Source of the DNA: Eledone cirrhosa
Taxonomy: Eukaryota
Direction: 5' to 3'
NCBI GenBank assembly: GCA_964016885.1
Contig: OZ024751.1
Location: 24,862,001 to 24,926,000 of the forward strand
DNA length: 64,000 nucleotides
Shown here: positions 14,914-30,877 of the stretch, piece by piece
Layout: every line of letters begins with the position of its first letter
How positions within the stretch are numbered: the first letter of the stretch is position 1
The notes under the pieces: model-generated
Seen by the model: only the letters and a program-made list of their open reading frames with translations
Told to the model about the DNA's origin: nothing
Databases searched by the model: none
Program-made: the position numbers and the translations under genes

Positions 14914-15264
14914 CACAGATGTTTCTATGCCTCATGTTCAACCATATTAGGTAATAAGTGATGCACTAAACTGAAAACAGAAAGATATGGAAATGAACTC
15001 ATATTCAACATAACCCAGTTTCTTCACCGATAGTTTAACAGAGGAACTGCTGAAAAGAGGAAACATTCCACCATAATGTACTGAAGTACCATCTAATGTA
15101 TTTTTTTTCTACTTTTTTTAAAAATTGATTTATTTACCAAATTTCATAACTTCCATATGTATGTAGTCATGTCTTCTTAGTATTCTTTTATGTAATGGTG
15201 AAATATTCTATATATATTTTAACTAATTTATCATGTGATGTCTAGCTTTTAGCATCTGAATAGT

Positions 15265-15770
15265 TAGTTGACAAAGAAGGGTTTCTCTCTGCGTACGAAA
15301 GGCCGGTTATATGATGCCTGTGTGAGATGCACGATGCTGCATGGTAGGGAGACATGGGCAGCAACTACAGAGGACATGCGACGGCTGGAGAAAAATGAAG
15401 CAAGTATACTCCGTTGGATCTGCAATATCAATGTGCGTGAACGACCAAGCATAGATGAGTTGAGAGAGAAACTGTGTATAAGAGGGATAAGTGGTGGTGT
15501 GCGGGAGAAAAGACAGAGATGGTATGGACATGTGATGCGCATGGAGGATGACCGTTGGGTAAAGAAATGCCAAGAAATCTCAGTAGAAGGAAGACACAGT
15601 AGAGGAAGATCATGAAAAACATGGACGGAGGTGGTGAGATCAGACCTCAGATTGCTGAAGCTCACGGAGGAGATGATGAAGGACCGTGACAAGTGGAGAG
15701 ATGCTGTGCCGAATAGGACCCATTCCACCCTTGCAAGCAGGGAAAAGCGGACGTAAAATGATGATGATGA
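15265..15770 (+). mobile_element. RTE-clade LINE 3' fragment
   Basis: KGRLYDACVR..MLHG.ETW...RWYGHVMRMEDDRWVKKC...GR, ending in an (ATG)n tail. Confidence 0.9.
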
Positions 15771-15799
15771 TATATGTGTCTGTATATATATATATATAC

Positions 15800-15841
<42 letters not shown>

Positions 15842-15878
15842 ATATATATATGTGTTTATATATATGTGTTTATAAATG

Positions 15879-15911
<33 letters not shown>

Positions 15912-18049
15912 ATATATGAATGTGTATATATATATATGTATATATATGTATATATATGTATATATATATATATGTATTTATATATATGTATATATATATG
16001 TATTTATATATATGTATATATTTATATGTATACAATCAACAAGATATTTGGTTTTCTGGCTTTATCACAACAACTGCTCATTTTAATTGCAATTTGTCTT
16101 AGGATTTATATATACAAAGGAAAATACTGACAGCAACTGCTAAAATATTTTTATATTTATATTTGTTAAACTATTTCTTTAACAAATCCATTTTTTTTTC
16201 TTAGCCATACAGTGTGATTGGAAATATGTTGTTAGCTCTCTATTGATCTTGTTAACAAATCCAGTATTACTTTTTAGCTCTACAATGTGATTGAAAATCT
16301 GTTGTTCATTTTATTGATACCTTTCTTACTTCTACGTTCTACAGTGCGATTGAAAAGTTCCTATTAGTTCTATTGGTTCTGTACTTTTTATTTCTATTAT
16401 TCTGACCATATTTGGTGCTGTGCTATTTATAGGTACAATATGAGGTATTTTCTGTGTATGGCATAAATAATGCCAGACTAAATACTTTACAATATCTTAA
16501 GTTTCATCTCTGCTGTAGGGATGATGAAATAACTACACAGCGTAACCAAAGTGGATTCAATTGACTAATATAACCCCTTCCCCCATTTTATTACTGTTTA
16601 ATCTTGTGCCAATATCAGAACTCAATATTATGAACATATTTTGAATTTGAAATCAAATGGAATATTTTTCAAGAATCTGTAGAACAGGTGTGGGAAAGAA
16701 TTTTAGTTACAGGTGTAATGGCAAGTGTATAAGAACTTGTTGGGGTGCATCTGCACTGAGAAAACTAATGAATGTTTAATTTTACAAATCCATAGATATG
16801 TAACTTATATTATGGTTTTATTGGATGTTTTTTTTTTCTTTTAGAGGTTTTGTTAGATGGTGATTTTAAATGCAGGAGAAATTTTGACCATTTGTGAGGG
16901 ATTCCTCACATAGTAGTGTAAAATAATATTGATGGAACACTAATGGAATATGTTTTGATAACTGTAGTGTATGAATTTGTTTCTTAAATTTGGTCAAAAG
17001 GATATTAGGGATTTTATCTTGCAGAAAGTTTGTTTGTTAAAAGAGAAAACTGACACATTCTATCTTTGATGTAGTTCTGTTTGCTTTCAATGGTATTTTT
17101 TTTTTTTCCTGTGATTATATAAACTCCATGTCATAAACACACAAACTTGCTTTTGAAATATCTACAACTTAATCTTGTTGAATTCTGGAAATAATGTTTA
17201 TTAATCAGTTAGGGTTTTTTTGTTTTGTTTTTTTATTTAGAAATAATATACTGTATATACTAATAGATAAGACGCAGGGTTTTACTTTAAAAAAATTTGG
17301 TGTGTAAAGCTGCATGTGACTTAATTGCCGAACCTTGCTTTAGGCTTAAAATGTTTAATAATAAAGCCAAAATATTATAAATACAAAGGGAGTGTGACTT
17401 ATATACAAGTATATATAAGTAATTTGTCTTAAAAAACTCACACATAGACATACATTTATACTTAATTTCCCTCTCTCTCCACATAATCTCATATACATAC
17501 ATATGCACGGAGACTTCTCTTAGCGTGTCTTCCTTATATTTACCAAAATTCTCAGGCTATAAGTAAACACCAAAACCTATAAGTAATTTATTAACATCTT
17601 CGATACCTCAATGACTCAGCAGCGGAACCAGAATTGACCATATTTTGGTAGCTTGTTGTAATGGCTGTATTTATTGACAAATACATTTTTGACCATCTGT
17701 GATTTAAGAAGTATTATTATTTATTCTAAGATTATTGAATAATATCCTCTGTACAGTACTTCTACAGTACTTGTAATCTATATATATTAAATCTTTTATC
17801 AATATGAAATTCTATGAACTGTAAGTTTATATATATATATATACACATTTGCATATATATATATATATGTATATAGATATATTTTGTTTAATGTTTATGT
17901 TTGATAGTTACTGCTGATGTCAGTCATTGCAGTGTTTTGTCTGTTGAGGTAACAAGTTTCTGTTAATTGCAGTGTACAAGTCGATCAAAATATTTCAAGT
18001 TCCAAATTCTGTGTTAGACATCTTATACATATAGCTACTGTATAATTCG

Positions 18050-18382
18050 TGAAGGAGCATAGCTGAGTGGTTAGAGTGTCGGGCTTACAATTGTGACGAT
18101 GTAAGTTTGATTCTCGGACCAGGTGATGTGTTGTCTTTTTGAGCAAGACACTTTATTTCATGTTGCTCCAGTTCACTCAGCTGGGGAAATGAGTTGTCAC
18201 ATAACTGGTGCCAAGCTGTATCAGCCTTTCCCTTGGACAACATAGGTGGCATGGAGAGGAGAGACTGGTATACATGGGCGACTGCCAGTCTTCCACAAAC
18301 AATCATGCCTGGCTTTGTCCTCGGCGGGAACTTTCTAGGTTCAAATCCCATGGTCATTTATGAGCAAAAGGGGTCTTTACCC
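18050..18382 (+). mobile_element. tRNA-derived SINE family F
   Basis: A-box TAGCTGAGTGG, B-box-like AGTTTGATTCT, TTGAGCAAGACACTT block; relatives at 28153-28375 and 28400-28665. Confidence 0.75.
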
Positions 18383-20871
18383 TTACTGTATAGTTCATTC
18401 TGCAAATGTGTGATAGTATTTACTTGAGTTCTCCTTATTGATGGCTATCCTAGGGATTACTATAATATACATATTGTATATTATATAGTAGGTGGGGAAT
18501 TGGCAGAGCTGTCAAAACGTCGGATAGAATGCTTTGTCGTGTTCATTCCAGCTCACTGCATTCTGACTACAAATCCCACCGAGATCAATTTTACCTTTCA
18601 TCCTTTCATGGTTGATAGAGTATCAGTCCAGTACTGGGCTTGATTCTTCCACAATATCTCTCTTTCTTTCTGTGGAATAATTCGGCTGTGTTCAGACTTG
18701 GAGAACAGGTGGGTTCCACCAAGTGCCCCTATGAGTCCACTAGGAATTTCAGGTTAAAGGAGGAATATTATATTGTAAAATATGGTAGTACACCAACAAA
18801 ATACTCTACTAATTGACAACTGTCCTAGGATTGATCTAATAACTATAGTATATCTGCTCTATATTATATAGTAAAACATGATAGTATACCTTCTATAAAA
18901 TAGCTGATAAAACTATATTTATTTATATTGCAATTGTATTAATTGTTAGTGTCATAGATGCTATAAATACTTTTATGTTGATATCCTGATTTTCTGTATC
19001 TAGTTGTCAATTTATTAACCCATTTTCTCCCATATTTCATATGACATACACTCTATTTCAATTAATTAATGAAGTATTTGAAGGGATTTATTAAAATTAA
19101 TCATTCCTGTGGCAATAAAATAAAGTACTAGTCAAGTACTGGGATTGAATTAATTGACTCCCTCCCTTCTCCTAAATTCCTAGCTTTGTGTTTCAATTAG
19201 AAGCCAGTACTATCACTTTCATTACCATATTTATAATGAAATACATAGTAGTTCAATTAATTAATGAGGAATTTGGAAAAGATTTACTGAAATATTAACT
19301 ATTTCATTATTAAGATAGTATATGTAACATAACTTACAACGTTTCTATATAAAATTATCTTAGATAAATTATCTTAAAATAATCTAAATAGTCCTTTAAA
19401 TTGGGTGGTTTTGTTTCATAGAACCAGAGGCAGTTTGGCTAGGCTGGTATGAAAAGATTTAAATGAGTGGTGTACAGAGATTCTTTGCAACTCTACTCTA
19501 CTTGATCACCATTTAGCAATAAAGGTTCACAGCAGGAAAGAAAACCATCCTTCCATAGGAAGCTTGCCAAACAAAGGGTTTGAGGGCCCTTCAGTTGTGT
19601 CAAAGACATGACAGTTTCTCTAGTGCCAGAGCATGGGACCATATGTAAGCAAGATGTGGATGCCCTGGCCAGTCTGGGAGGTCAGTAACCCTGCTTGAAT
19701 GCTGATTAAATCTGTGAAGACCCATCCAATCCTTGCTAGCATGGAAAATGGACTTTAAATAATTATGATGATTTTATCTCTGTTCTATAAGTTGATCCCT
19801 AGTTTTAGAGAGATGTTTTTTAAAGGCTTAAAAAGTTGACTTGAATGCAACAATTTACAGTTTATAGGATCTGCACAAAGTGTATCTCTTTTAGACTACA
19901 AGTGTACCAATTCTACAGACACTGTAAGGCTGTAACAAATAGCTTCCAATGACTGACAAAAATATGTATTGTTCTTATTCATTTTGTTGTATTTTTTTAA
20001 CCATTCTTTTGGTTCTTGTGATCTTTGAAATTATTTCTTTAATTAGAATTATACATAGATTTTAATGATTTTTTTTTTTTTCAACATATTTTGTTGAAGA
20101 AGAATATCTGCCAAATTTATTAAAACTCCAGAAATCCAGACCCCCCCCCCCCCAATATCTGCCAAATTTGTTTGAATAACTCCAGGAATCCAAACCTCAC
20201 CCCATGACATATCAGTAAGATATTGGCATTTTCTTCAGAACTGAAAAAGATGTAAGTAGCTATTATTCAGGTTTATTAACTAAATAGGATAATGTTTAAT
20301 TATTTTTGTGCAGCAACTCTGTATATTTAAGTTATTTATTTATTTATTAAATATTTGAAACAGTATTATTTAATTTGTGCAATAGAAAAAACAAATCGAA
20401 TCCAAATTGATTGACTTCAACATATAATTTATTTGTTCACTTGTTATGTGACTGATTCTATGTCTAAAGACACCATGACCAAAGCTTATATATATATACA
20501 TAGAGACATTTGAATTTATTTTCAATGATATCTAATTTATTTGTCTTAAATTTCCACGTTTGATATATTTTTGTTTAATGTAACCATGTTTGGTCTAGGC
20601 ATTCTCTGGTGGTCTTTCTATGATCCCATTACAAGATTATTATTATTATATATATATTTTGTAGGTCCGAATTTTAATAATAAAATGTATATGTGTATAT
20701 AATATATATATTGATGTATATATATATAATAAGGAGTTGACGGACCCAGCATATTTATCAATGCCAAGACCGGTTGTATCTCAGCGTACTCCATGGGCAT
20801 TGTAAGATTCCCAGAGTATACACATAGTTAATCGCTTCAATACAACACACGTAAAACGGGTGCCTATAATA

Positions 20872-20988
20872 GTTCTCGGACTCGAGTTTCGGTCGCACTA
20901 ATGCAACAGTAAGATACACTGCACCCTCCGTCTGCATATATTATGCAACAATGCACAATTGGTATATGTGGCTTCATCAGCGGGTATC
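20872..20988 (-). ncRNA. Hammerhead-like motif with long stem II insertion
   Basis: CTGATGA, about 80 nt, then CGAAAC-TCGA-GTC (palindromic minimal stem III, GUC site); stem I weak. Confidence 0.55.
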
Positions 20989-21016
20989 GCCTAATCAATA
21001 TATATATATATATAGG

Positions 21017-21054
<38 letters not shown>

Positions 21055-21399
21055 ACTCAGAAGATCTAGTTAAGGGTGAAAGCAGCGATTAATTGCTTAA
21101 ACTTTAATCTGTTCTTCTAATAGATATTTGCTCTACGGGTTTATATATATATATATAATCCTTATTGAGCCCTCTTCGGATTTCAGTCTTCACTCTTATT
21201 ATTACTATATATATATGTTGTGTATATATATATATATCATCATCATCATCAACGTTTAATGTCCGTGTTCCACGCTTGCATGGGTTTGGACGGCGGTTTT
21301 CCCACTTGAGGCAAGAGTGATTGTCTTGCTCGCATAGGACTATCTGGCGGGTTTTCTACAGCTGGATGCCCTTCCTAACACCAACCACATTTACAGTGT

Positions 21400-23639
<2,240 letters not shown>

Positions 23640-23640
<1 letters not shown>

Positions 23641-24110
23641 TATCTATCTAGGGCGGGTAAAATTCACGAGATCCATGGATGAGTTCTCTCCAGCGGTCTC
23701 TGTCCCTCATTATCGCTGCCATGTCCTGCGTCTCCAACAGACCAGTGTCTGCTCTTAGGGCATCAACATATGTTAACTTCGGTCTTCCTCTTCCAGTGTG
23801 TCCATGCAGGGGCTCCCACAGGAACTCTGGATGTCGGTGAGCATGTCCAGCTAACCCCAGTCTCCTCTGTGTCACTTTTGAGCTGACTTTTGGGAGGCTC
23901 CCGTACAGCTCTGTGTTCTTCATCCTTAGTGTATACTGATTAATGTTCAGAGCCATCCTCAGCATTCTCGTGTAGCACCCATCCACCATTTGATTGTGTT
24001 TCTTGGTCAGTGTCAAAGTCTCAGACTCCACTACAGCAACAAAGAGGTGGATCTTCAGGTCTCTACGAAGGTCCAACTTCCACACCGATCTCAAGCTGTG
24101 GCACGCTCTA
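23640..24110 (-). mobile_element. RTE-like LINE 3' fragment with (TAGA)n tail
   Basis: DGCYTRMLRMALNI...RRLGLAGHAHRHPE.LWEP.HG..GRGRP; relatives at 26255-26390 and 60170-60512. Confidence 0.85.
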
Positions 24111-24189
24111 TGTATATATATATATATATATTGTATGCATACATATATACATATATATATATATTGTATTTAAATACACTGTATGAATA

Positions 24190-25386
24190 AGACATGTTAT
24201 ATGTAGAATGAACCCCCCAGATAAATTGTAGTTTACAACAGAAAAGGTTGGGCTCAACTTGTATGGGGAGGTTGAAGCCTTTAAAGAAATCTGTAAGTTC
24301 TTTCCTAAATCTGTCGCAAGTGTGGGGACCACACTTGTTCATAGTCAAAGAACCGTCATCGCAGTAGAGGCCTCCGCCTACATTAGGGAATTCTTCCTTG
24401 ATAGAGAAAAGTAGGAATAGGCCGATAAGATCTGTAACCTCCGCCGAATCGCTGGCGCCCATACTCACATCGAATGGGGGTACTATTAGATTTTTTATCC
24501 AAATAGAGTCATCGAAATTAATCACTGACTTATGGGCATTTAAGATGACATCAACACTGAAATCCTTAACCTCCGTGAACGTTTTCGCGAAATTGATAGG
24601 TCTAAGAAGAAGTGGTAAAGTGATGGAAGAGTAGTAGTTGTTGATGTCAAATTGTATAAAACGGCAATGTTCCTTGTTGCATATGCCATTGAACCAATCA
24701 ATCCCTGCGAAAGAATTATTCCACAAGGCAAGAGGGACCAAGGTTCTAATTTCAGGTATAATTCTATCTAAAATTCTTTTACTAAGTCTACCTAAATCTG
24801 ACTTCATAGGGTTAATTAGCCGAATAGAAGGGTTGTTAGCGAAATTGGGTTTGTGATCCTTCAGGGTAAAATAGGGAGAAACAGGGTCCAGAGGTTCAGT
24901 CCGGTGCTGGATGTTGAGTTCTGAAGTGATTTTAACCCAGCATCATTGATGTCATTAATAACACTCCAATCGGATTTCTGGTTACAGCATTATGTAGCAG
25001 TTGATGGTACGTACTACGCTCCACTTGGTATAGATTACCAGTTTTGTCAGAGTGGACTTGCATGGCATTAGAATCCTTTATAGAACGAATTCTATTCTTC
25101 AAGAATAGAAGGAATTGCTCCTGTTTCGAAATTTGATACTCTGTATGAGTTCCAAACCATCGTTTTCGAAAGGTAACTAAGCTAAGTTACTAGGAGGGTT
25201 AACATAACTTTTAAACCCAAATTTATTTTGTTTACTGTCTGCTTTATCTTGGTTGTCAAAATAAAAGGTTCGCCAACGCAACCTGTTAAGGAACAAATCC
25301 GTTTTTTTAATTAGTAATTTTAAATACGTCTTCCTGATAGGTACGGGTATGTTCTTCATAGAAATATTCAGGTTTTGTTTCTGCAT
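24190..25386 (-). mobile_element. Penelope-like element, N-terminal region plus reverse transcriptase (disrupted)
   Basis: SMKNIPVP...LRWRTFY; TLKDHKPNFANNPSIRLINPMKSDLGRLSKRILD; FIQFDINNYYSSI; FDVSMGASDSAEVTDLIGL; GLYCDDG. Confidence 0.9.
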
Positions 25387-25509
25387 GTTGATTTAAAGTC
25401 TAAAGAGTGCTCAACTGAGGGAGGCAAATAGTAATAATAATAAATGTGCAGACTAAAATCCGAAGAGGGCTTGATAAGGATAATATATACATAAATATAT
25501 ATAACACAG

Positions 25510-26000
25510 TAACGCATACTTTATGATTTTAATAACCTTTGTCATTTTCATTCAACAAATTTATTTACATTATTCTTAAACTCCAGAGCTGAGAATCATT
25601 CAGTTTCCTAAATAGAATATTAATCTAATGACTCCATTTATACCATAAACGTGTTTTTTCTTTTTAGTCTTTGCGTGTAATTGTTCTCATCGCTCCACAT
25701 AACAGCGTAATTATCTTCGCTTTTTTTCCGTTCATTGCCAGGGAACCTCTTCACAAACCAAAGTATCGTCTTCCTGTTTTCCTTCGGTTGCAACGTTTTT
25801 CAAAATATTTACTTCTGCGTAGACAGATTTTTTTTAGTTTCAGAAGATCCCGTTAAGGATGAAAGCAGCGATTCTTTGCTTAAACTTTAATCTGTTATTT
25901 TAATATATATTTGCTCTACGGTGTTATATATATTTATATCTATATATATTCCTTATAGAGCCCTCTTCAGATTTTAGTCTTCACATTTATTATTATTACT
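25510..26000 (+). mobile_element. Inverted pLTR (family C) at the 5' end of the PLE, containing a variant hammerhead at 25836-25886
   Basis: 25920-26000 is the reverse complement of 25430-25510; further copies at 21055-21210, 37740-37882 and 39755-40240. Confidence 0.8.
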
Positions 26001-26005
26001 ATTTA

Positions 26006-26039
<34 letters not shown>

Positions 26040-26387
26040 ATATATATATACATATAGATATATATTTATATATATATATATATATATACATATACATATT
26101 GCTGAAGTTCACTGAGGAGGTGATGAAGGACCGTGACAAGTGGAGAGATGCTGTGTTGAATAGGACCCGTCCCACCCTTTCAAGCAGGCAAAAGTGGACA
26201 TAAAATGATGATGATGATTATATATATGGTTCTTTTCCATATATATATGTATATGGGAGAGGGAGACCGAGGTTGACCTATGTTGATGCCCTAAGGACAT
26301 GACCTGCGTCTCCTCTTGGAGATGCAGGTCATGGCAGCAGAGGGACAGAAACCACTGGAGAAAACTCGGGAATTTTACCCACCCTAG

Positions 26388-26470
<83 letters not shown>

Positions 26471-26522
26471 ATTATATATATATATATATATATTTAATTA
26501 TATATATACATATATATTTAAT

Positions 26523-26557
<35 letters not shown>

Positions 26558-26900
26558 GTAAATATATATAGATGTATTTTTTGTCTTCTTTTTATCGTTG
26601 AAGACAGATTTAGAAACTTAATATGAAATTTGAATTGAAGATTACCCACAATGTTGAATAGATTGAGAAAAATCTGTTTTCATGAAGGTTTATTGATCTG
26701 TGATGAGTATTGATTGATTTTATTCCTATTTAAAATTTTTTTTATTTTTTTTTTTACATTTATATAGAGTAGAGTCAGATATAATGGCATAGATGATATT
26801 TTGCAGAGAAGAGCAGAGCTGGTGTCACTTGGACAGCCAAGATATTGTTTACTACATAGACTGATATATATGTTTTAAGTATGGATATAATGAGTGTCTG

Positions 26901-26943
<43 letters not shown>

Positions 26944-27130
26944 ATAATAAGTCACATGAATACATCAATTTCACAGTTGAAGGACTAACATCTATTACAT
27001 AACTGACATGTGTTTCACCAATTAACAGGTGAGCAATATTTAGAATTGCTAATCCAATGGGATCTATTGGAAAACTCAATTTCTAATATCTTTGTGTCAG
27101 CACCATGATAAATTGGCTCCCTCAGAGTTT

Positions 27131-27166
<36 letters not shown>

Positions 27167-29345
27167 GATATATATACGATATATATATGCTTAGGCATGT
27201 AATTACAAGCACACACACACAGACATATAGTTATAAGTACTATTTGGTTTTAATTATCAACTACCTCTGTTCCCCATATTTAATGCCATCAAAACCTCAA
27301 TATGTGTTAATATATTATTTCTTCACCCTTTCACTCACACACACATCAACACACAATAACCATCCAAAGAAATAGTCCCTCTTATTTACATGAGAGGGAC
27401 ATAAATATGAAATTCAATGATTAAATATTTAGTTTTTTTTCCACTTCTAATACTCTACTAATGTTACCTGTCATAATTTATAAACATCACTGTATATCCT
27501 CATGTATAAGTCATACATTTTACCATGAAAATGTGTGAAAAATATGTAAGTTGCACCTTTTCCCATGGAAATACACCATGAAAACCTAACTAACATGCAA
27601 CTTATCTAAAGATACTACAAAACTGCAATTAAAAAATATATGGTATATTGTAAATGTTGTATGTAAAATGAAGGTGTGACTTATGCATGACTATATATGC
27701 CATGTTAGTCCATCTTTTCCATAACTCCATCATTGTAGGGGTTGACAGAGAGGGAGCGTGCTCTTTCTAACTTTACAACAGCCGTCTCTGTGTCCGTCTG
27801 TCTGTTTCTCTCAACAGCAGCTTCTTATCTATCTATCTATCTTTATGTTATTGACTCTGATTCCTCTAGTTCACATCTTCCTCAACATTGTTCTTCTTCT
27901 TATATACATGTTTTTCTGTGGTCCCTATATATATATTTTGTTATTTATTCACTTTATGATCCAGTTTTTCATGTTTTTCCCCTTTGTGAATGAAAGTTGT
28001 TATCCTTCTTTAACTTTTTGTCATTTTGGACATACAAAATCTTACACACAGAAGAAATATGGTACAAACGTCATTTCTTTCTGACTTAGGAGACTTCTTT
28101 CAGCTTTCATATTTAATACAGTGTATACACACATGATACACACACTACATTATGAAGGTGTATGGCCTGGAGGTTAGGGTGTTGGCCTCACAAATACAAT
28201 GTCATGAGTTTGATTCCTGGATTGGGTAGCACGTGTTCGTGAACAAAACCCTTTGCTAGCTCTAATTGCTCCAGTCTGCTCACCTGAAAAAAAATACCAT
28301 TATCCGCAACTTAACGCCAATGAAACCAAGATAAACTATGGCTTGATAAGTCTTTGGGTTTGGGATAGACTTAAACTTTTTTTTTTCTTATTACAAAACC
28401 AACCTAGTGGTTAGGATGTTTAGTTCATGGCTGTAATGTTGTGGGTTCGAATCCTGGACTTGGTAGCAGGTTGTGCTCTTGAGCAAAACACTTCATTTGA
28501 TCCAGTTTACTCAGCAGTAGCAGCAGCTGGCAGTTAACTCTGTGATGGACTAGTGTCCCATCCAGGGGAGAATCTTGCTCTCTCAGTCACTTAACACCAA
28601 TGAAATTGAACCGGTATATGCTCTGGCTTGGTGAGTCTGTGGCTTTAGGACAGACTTAAACCAACTTTTTTTTTCCTTTTACACCCAATAATAATAAAAA
28701 AAATCTTGTTTCTACCAAACGAAACTAAGGAAGCTGAAAGAGGAAGAAGCAAAAAAAAAAAAATTAATAATAAATAAAATAAAATAAAAAATATGTTCCA
28801 AAACCAAAACGTTATAGAATTTGTTTCCTGTTTTGTTTTAACTAAATCATAAAAATAGTCTATTTAGATTTTAAATATTCCAATAGAAAATATATATAAA
28901 AAAAAAATATTTGCCAAAAAACAAACCAAGAAATTTTTAATGATCATCTCAGTTTTTCATTTTTCCTTTTTTTTTTTATATATATATATATATCCATAAA
29001 TTTTCGAGAAAAAAAACTTTTGTTGTTATTGTTGTTGTTATTATTATTATTACTTTTAATTTATTATTATCATTAATATTATTATTATTGAATATTTTTT
29101 CATTCTTAATTATATATATAAATATAAACGAAAGAAAAAAATTAACCCAACGTTCTCCGATATGATGAACATTTTTTTTTTAATTTCAGATCAGATATCA
29201 GTAAAAACAGTTTTTTTTTTCGTGTTGAATGGTGGTGATAATTACATTTTCATAATTGATAATTGTATTTTTTAGATGTTTCCATTGAGATTTTTGAAAA
29301 ATTCTGTGTTTATTTTCTCAACTGAGTTGATCATCATTATTACTA

Positions 29346-29560
29346 GGGCAGTGGATTGGCAGTATCAGTAGAGGGTCGGACGCCATGCTTTGCAGCATAG
29401 AGTTACGTCCCTTTACGGTCTGACTTCAAATCCCGCCAAGGTTAACTTTGCCTTTCATCCTTATGGGGTCGATAAAATAAAGTACCAGTAATGCACTGGG
29501 ATAATTGCTGGCCTTGTGCCAATAGTAGAAACAATTATTACTACCAAGATGGCTGAGATC

Positions 29561-29597
<37 letters not shown>

Positions 29598-30048
29598 ACA
29601 ATAAATAACTGACTTTCGGTGGATTGGCAGAGTCAGTAGAGCGTCGGACACCATGCTTTGCAGCATAGAGTTACGTCCCTTTATGTTCTGAGTTCAAATC
29701 CTGCTGAGGTGAGCTTTGCTCTTCATTGTTATGGGGTAGATAAAATAAAGTACCAGTAACACACTGAGGTCGATTTAATCGACTTTCCCCCTCCCCCTTC
29801 CCCAAATTACTGGCCTTGTGCCTATATAAGAAACCATTATTTGAATTCAGAATATAAAGGGCTGTTGTAGGATAGAGTTATGGCCCTTTACATTCTGATT
29901 TCAAATCCTGTCGAGGTTAGCTTAATCTTTCATCCTTCTGGAGTTGATAAAATAAAGTACCAGTAATGCACTGGAGTTGATTTAATTGACTGACTTTCCT
30001 CTTCCCCCAAATTGTTGGCCTTGTGCCTAAATGAGAAACCATTGTTAT
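29346..30048 (+). mobile_element. Three head-to-tail SINE family A copies
   Basis: Copies start near 29346, 29617 and 29862, each with B-box and central block. Confidence 0.9.
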
Positions 30049-30828
30049 TACTACCTCTACTACTACTACTAGTATTACTTCTTCACATTTCATCATAGAA
30101 GAGACCTAATCATTTAAGAATACATACATATATACACACATGCTCACATACGCCCCCCCCCCCCCCCCTCCCATGCACATGCCCAAACACACAGACACAC
30201 CTACACACACACTAAGTGTTATATTCACTTTTCACATTCTTTGTGACCAGGTCACAAAGAATGTGAAGACAATTTTGACAAGGTGAAAAGTGAATAGGTT
30301 TCTATTTGATCCCTATAACTAAACAAAGGTAGTTTCAGATATTTCATTTCTCCCCTTGTCTTCCCTAACGAGTTGCCCCTATTCCTTACTAATTACCCCT
30401 ACCCTTATGTAACCAATCACCCTCATCTTATAATCAATCATGCTCTTCAATTAATCACCCCCACACCCAATCACCTTCCATGACTAATCATTCCCTTGAA
30501 CCTAAAATTAAGATATCTCAGCCGTTTTGATAGTTATCATTATATTTATTATTATTTATTATTTTTTTTGTAATATATAAAAAAAACCAACCCACAAACA
30601 AAGCAAAAAAAAACAAAAAAACAAAACAAAGCAAAATGTTTGTGTTTTATTGTGTTTTATCATTTCCTGAATTGGTGATACTTCTTGTTGAATGGAACTT
30701 CCCACCACATCTTATCAGTGTCTTGGAGACTCTCGATTTCTTGGATTCTTAAATACAAAATTTATTTTGGCAGGAAAACACACATTTTAGTAGTTATCTG
30801 GAAACACCCACATATATCTATGTATATA

Positions 30829-30877
<49 letters not shown>

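Noticed and set aside
18665-18735. Resemblance to a miR-96-family hairpin
   Set aside because: Only short partial matches, with no intact mature sequence or proper precursor stem
29346-29450. tRNA gene
   Set aside because: The A and B boxes belong to a SINE head; no cloverleaf, and the sequence continues into the SINE body
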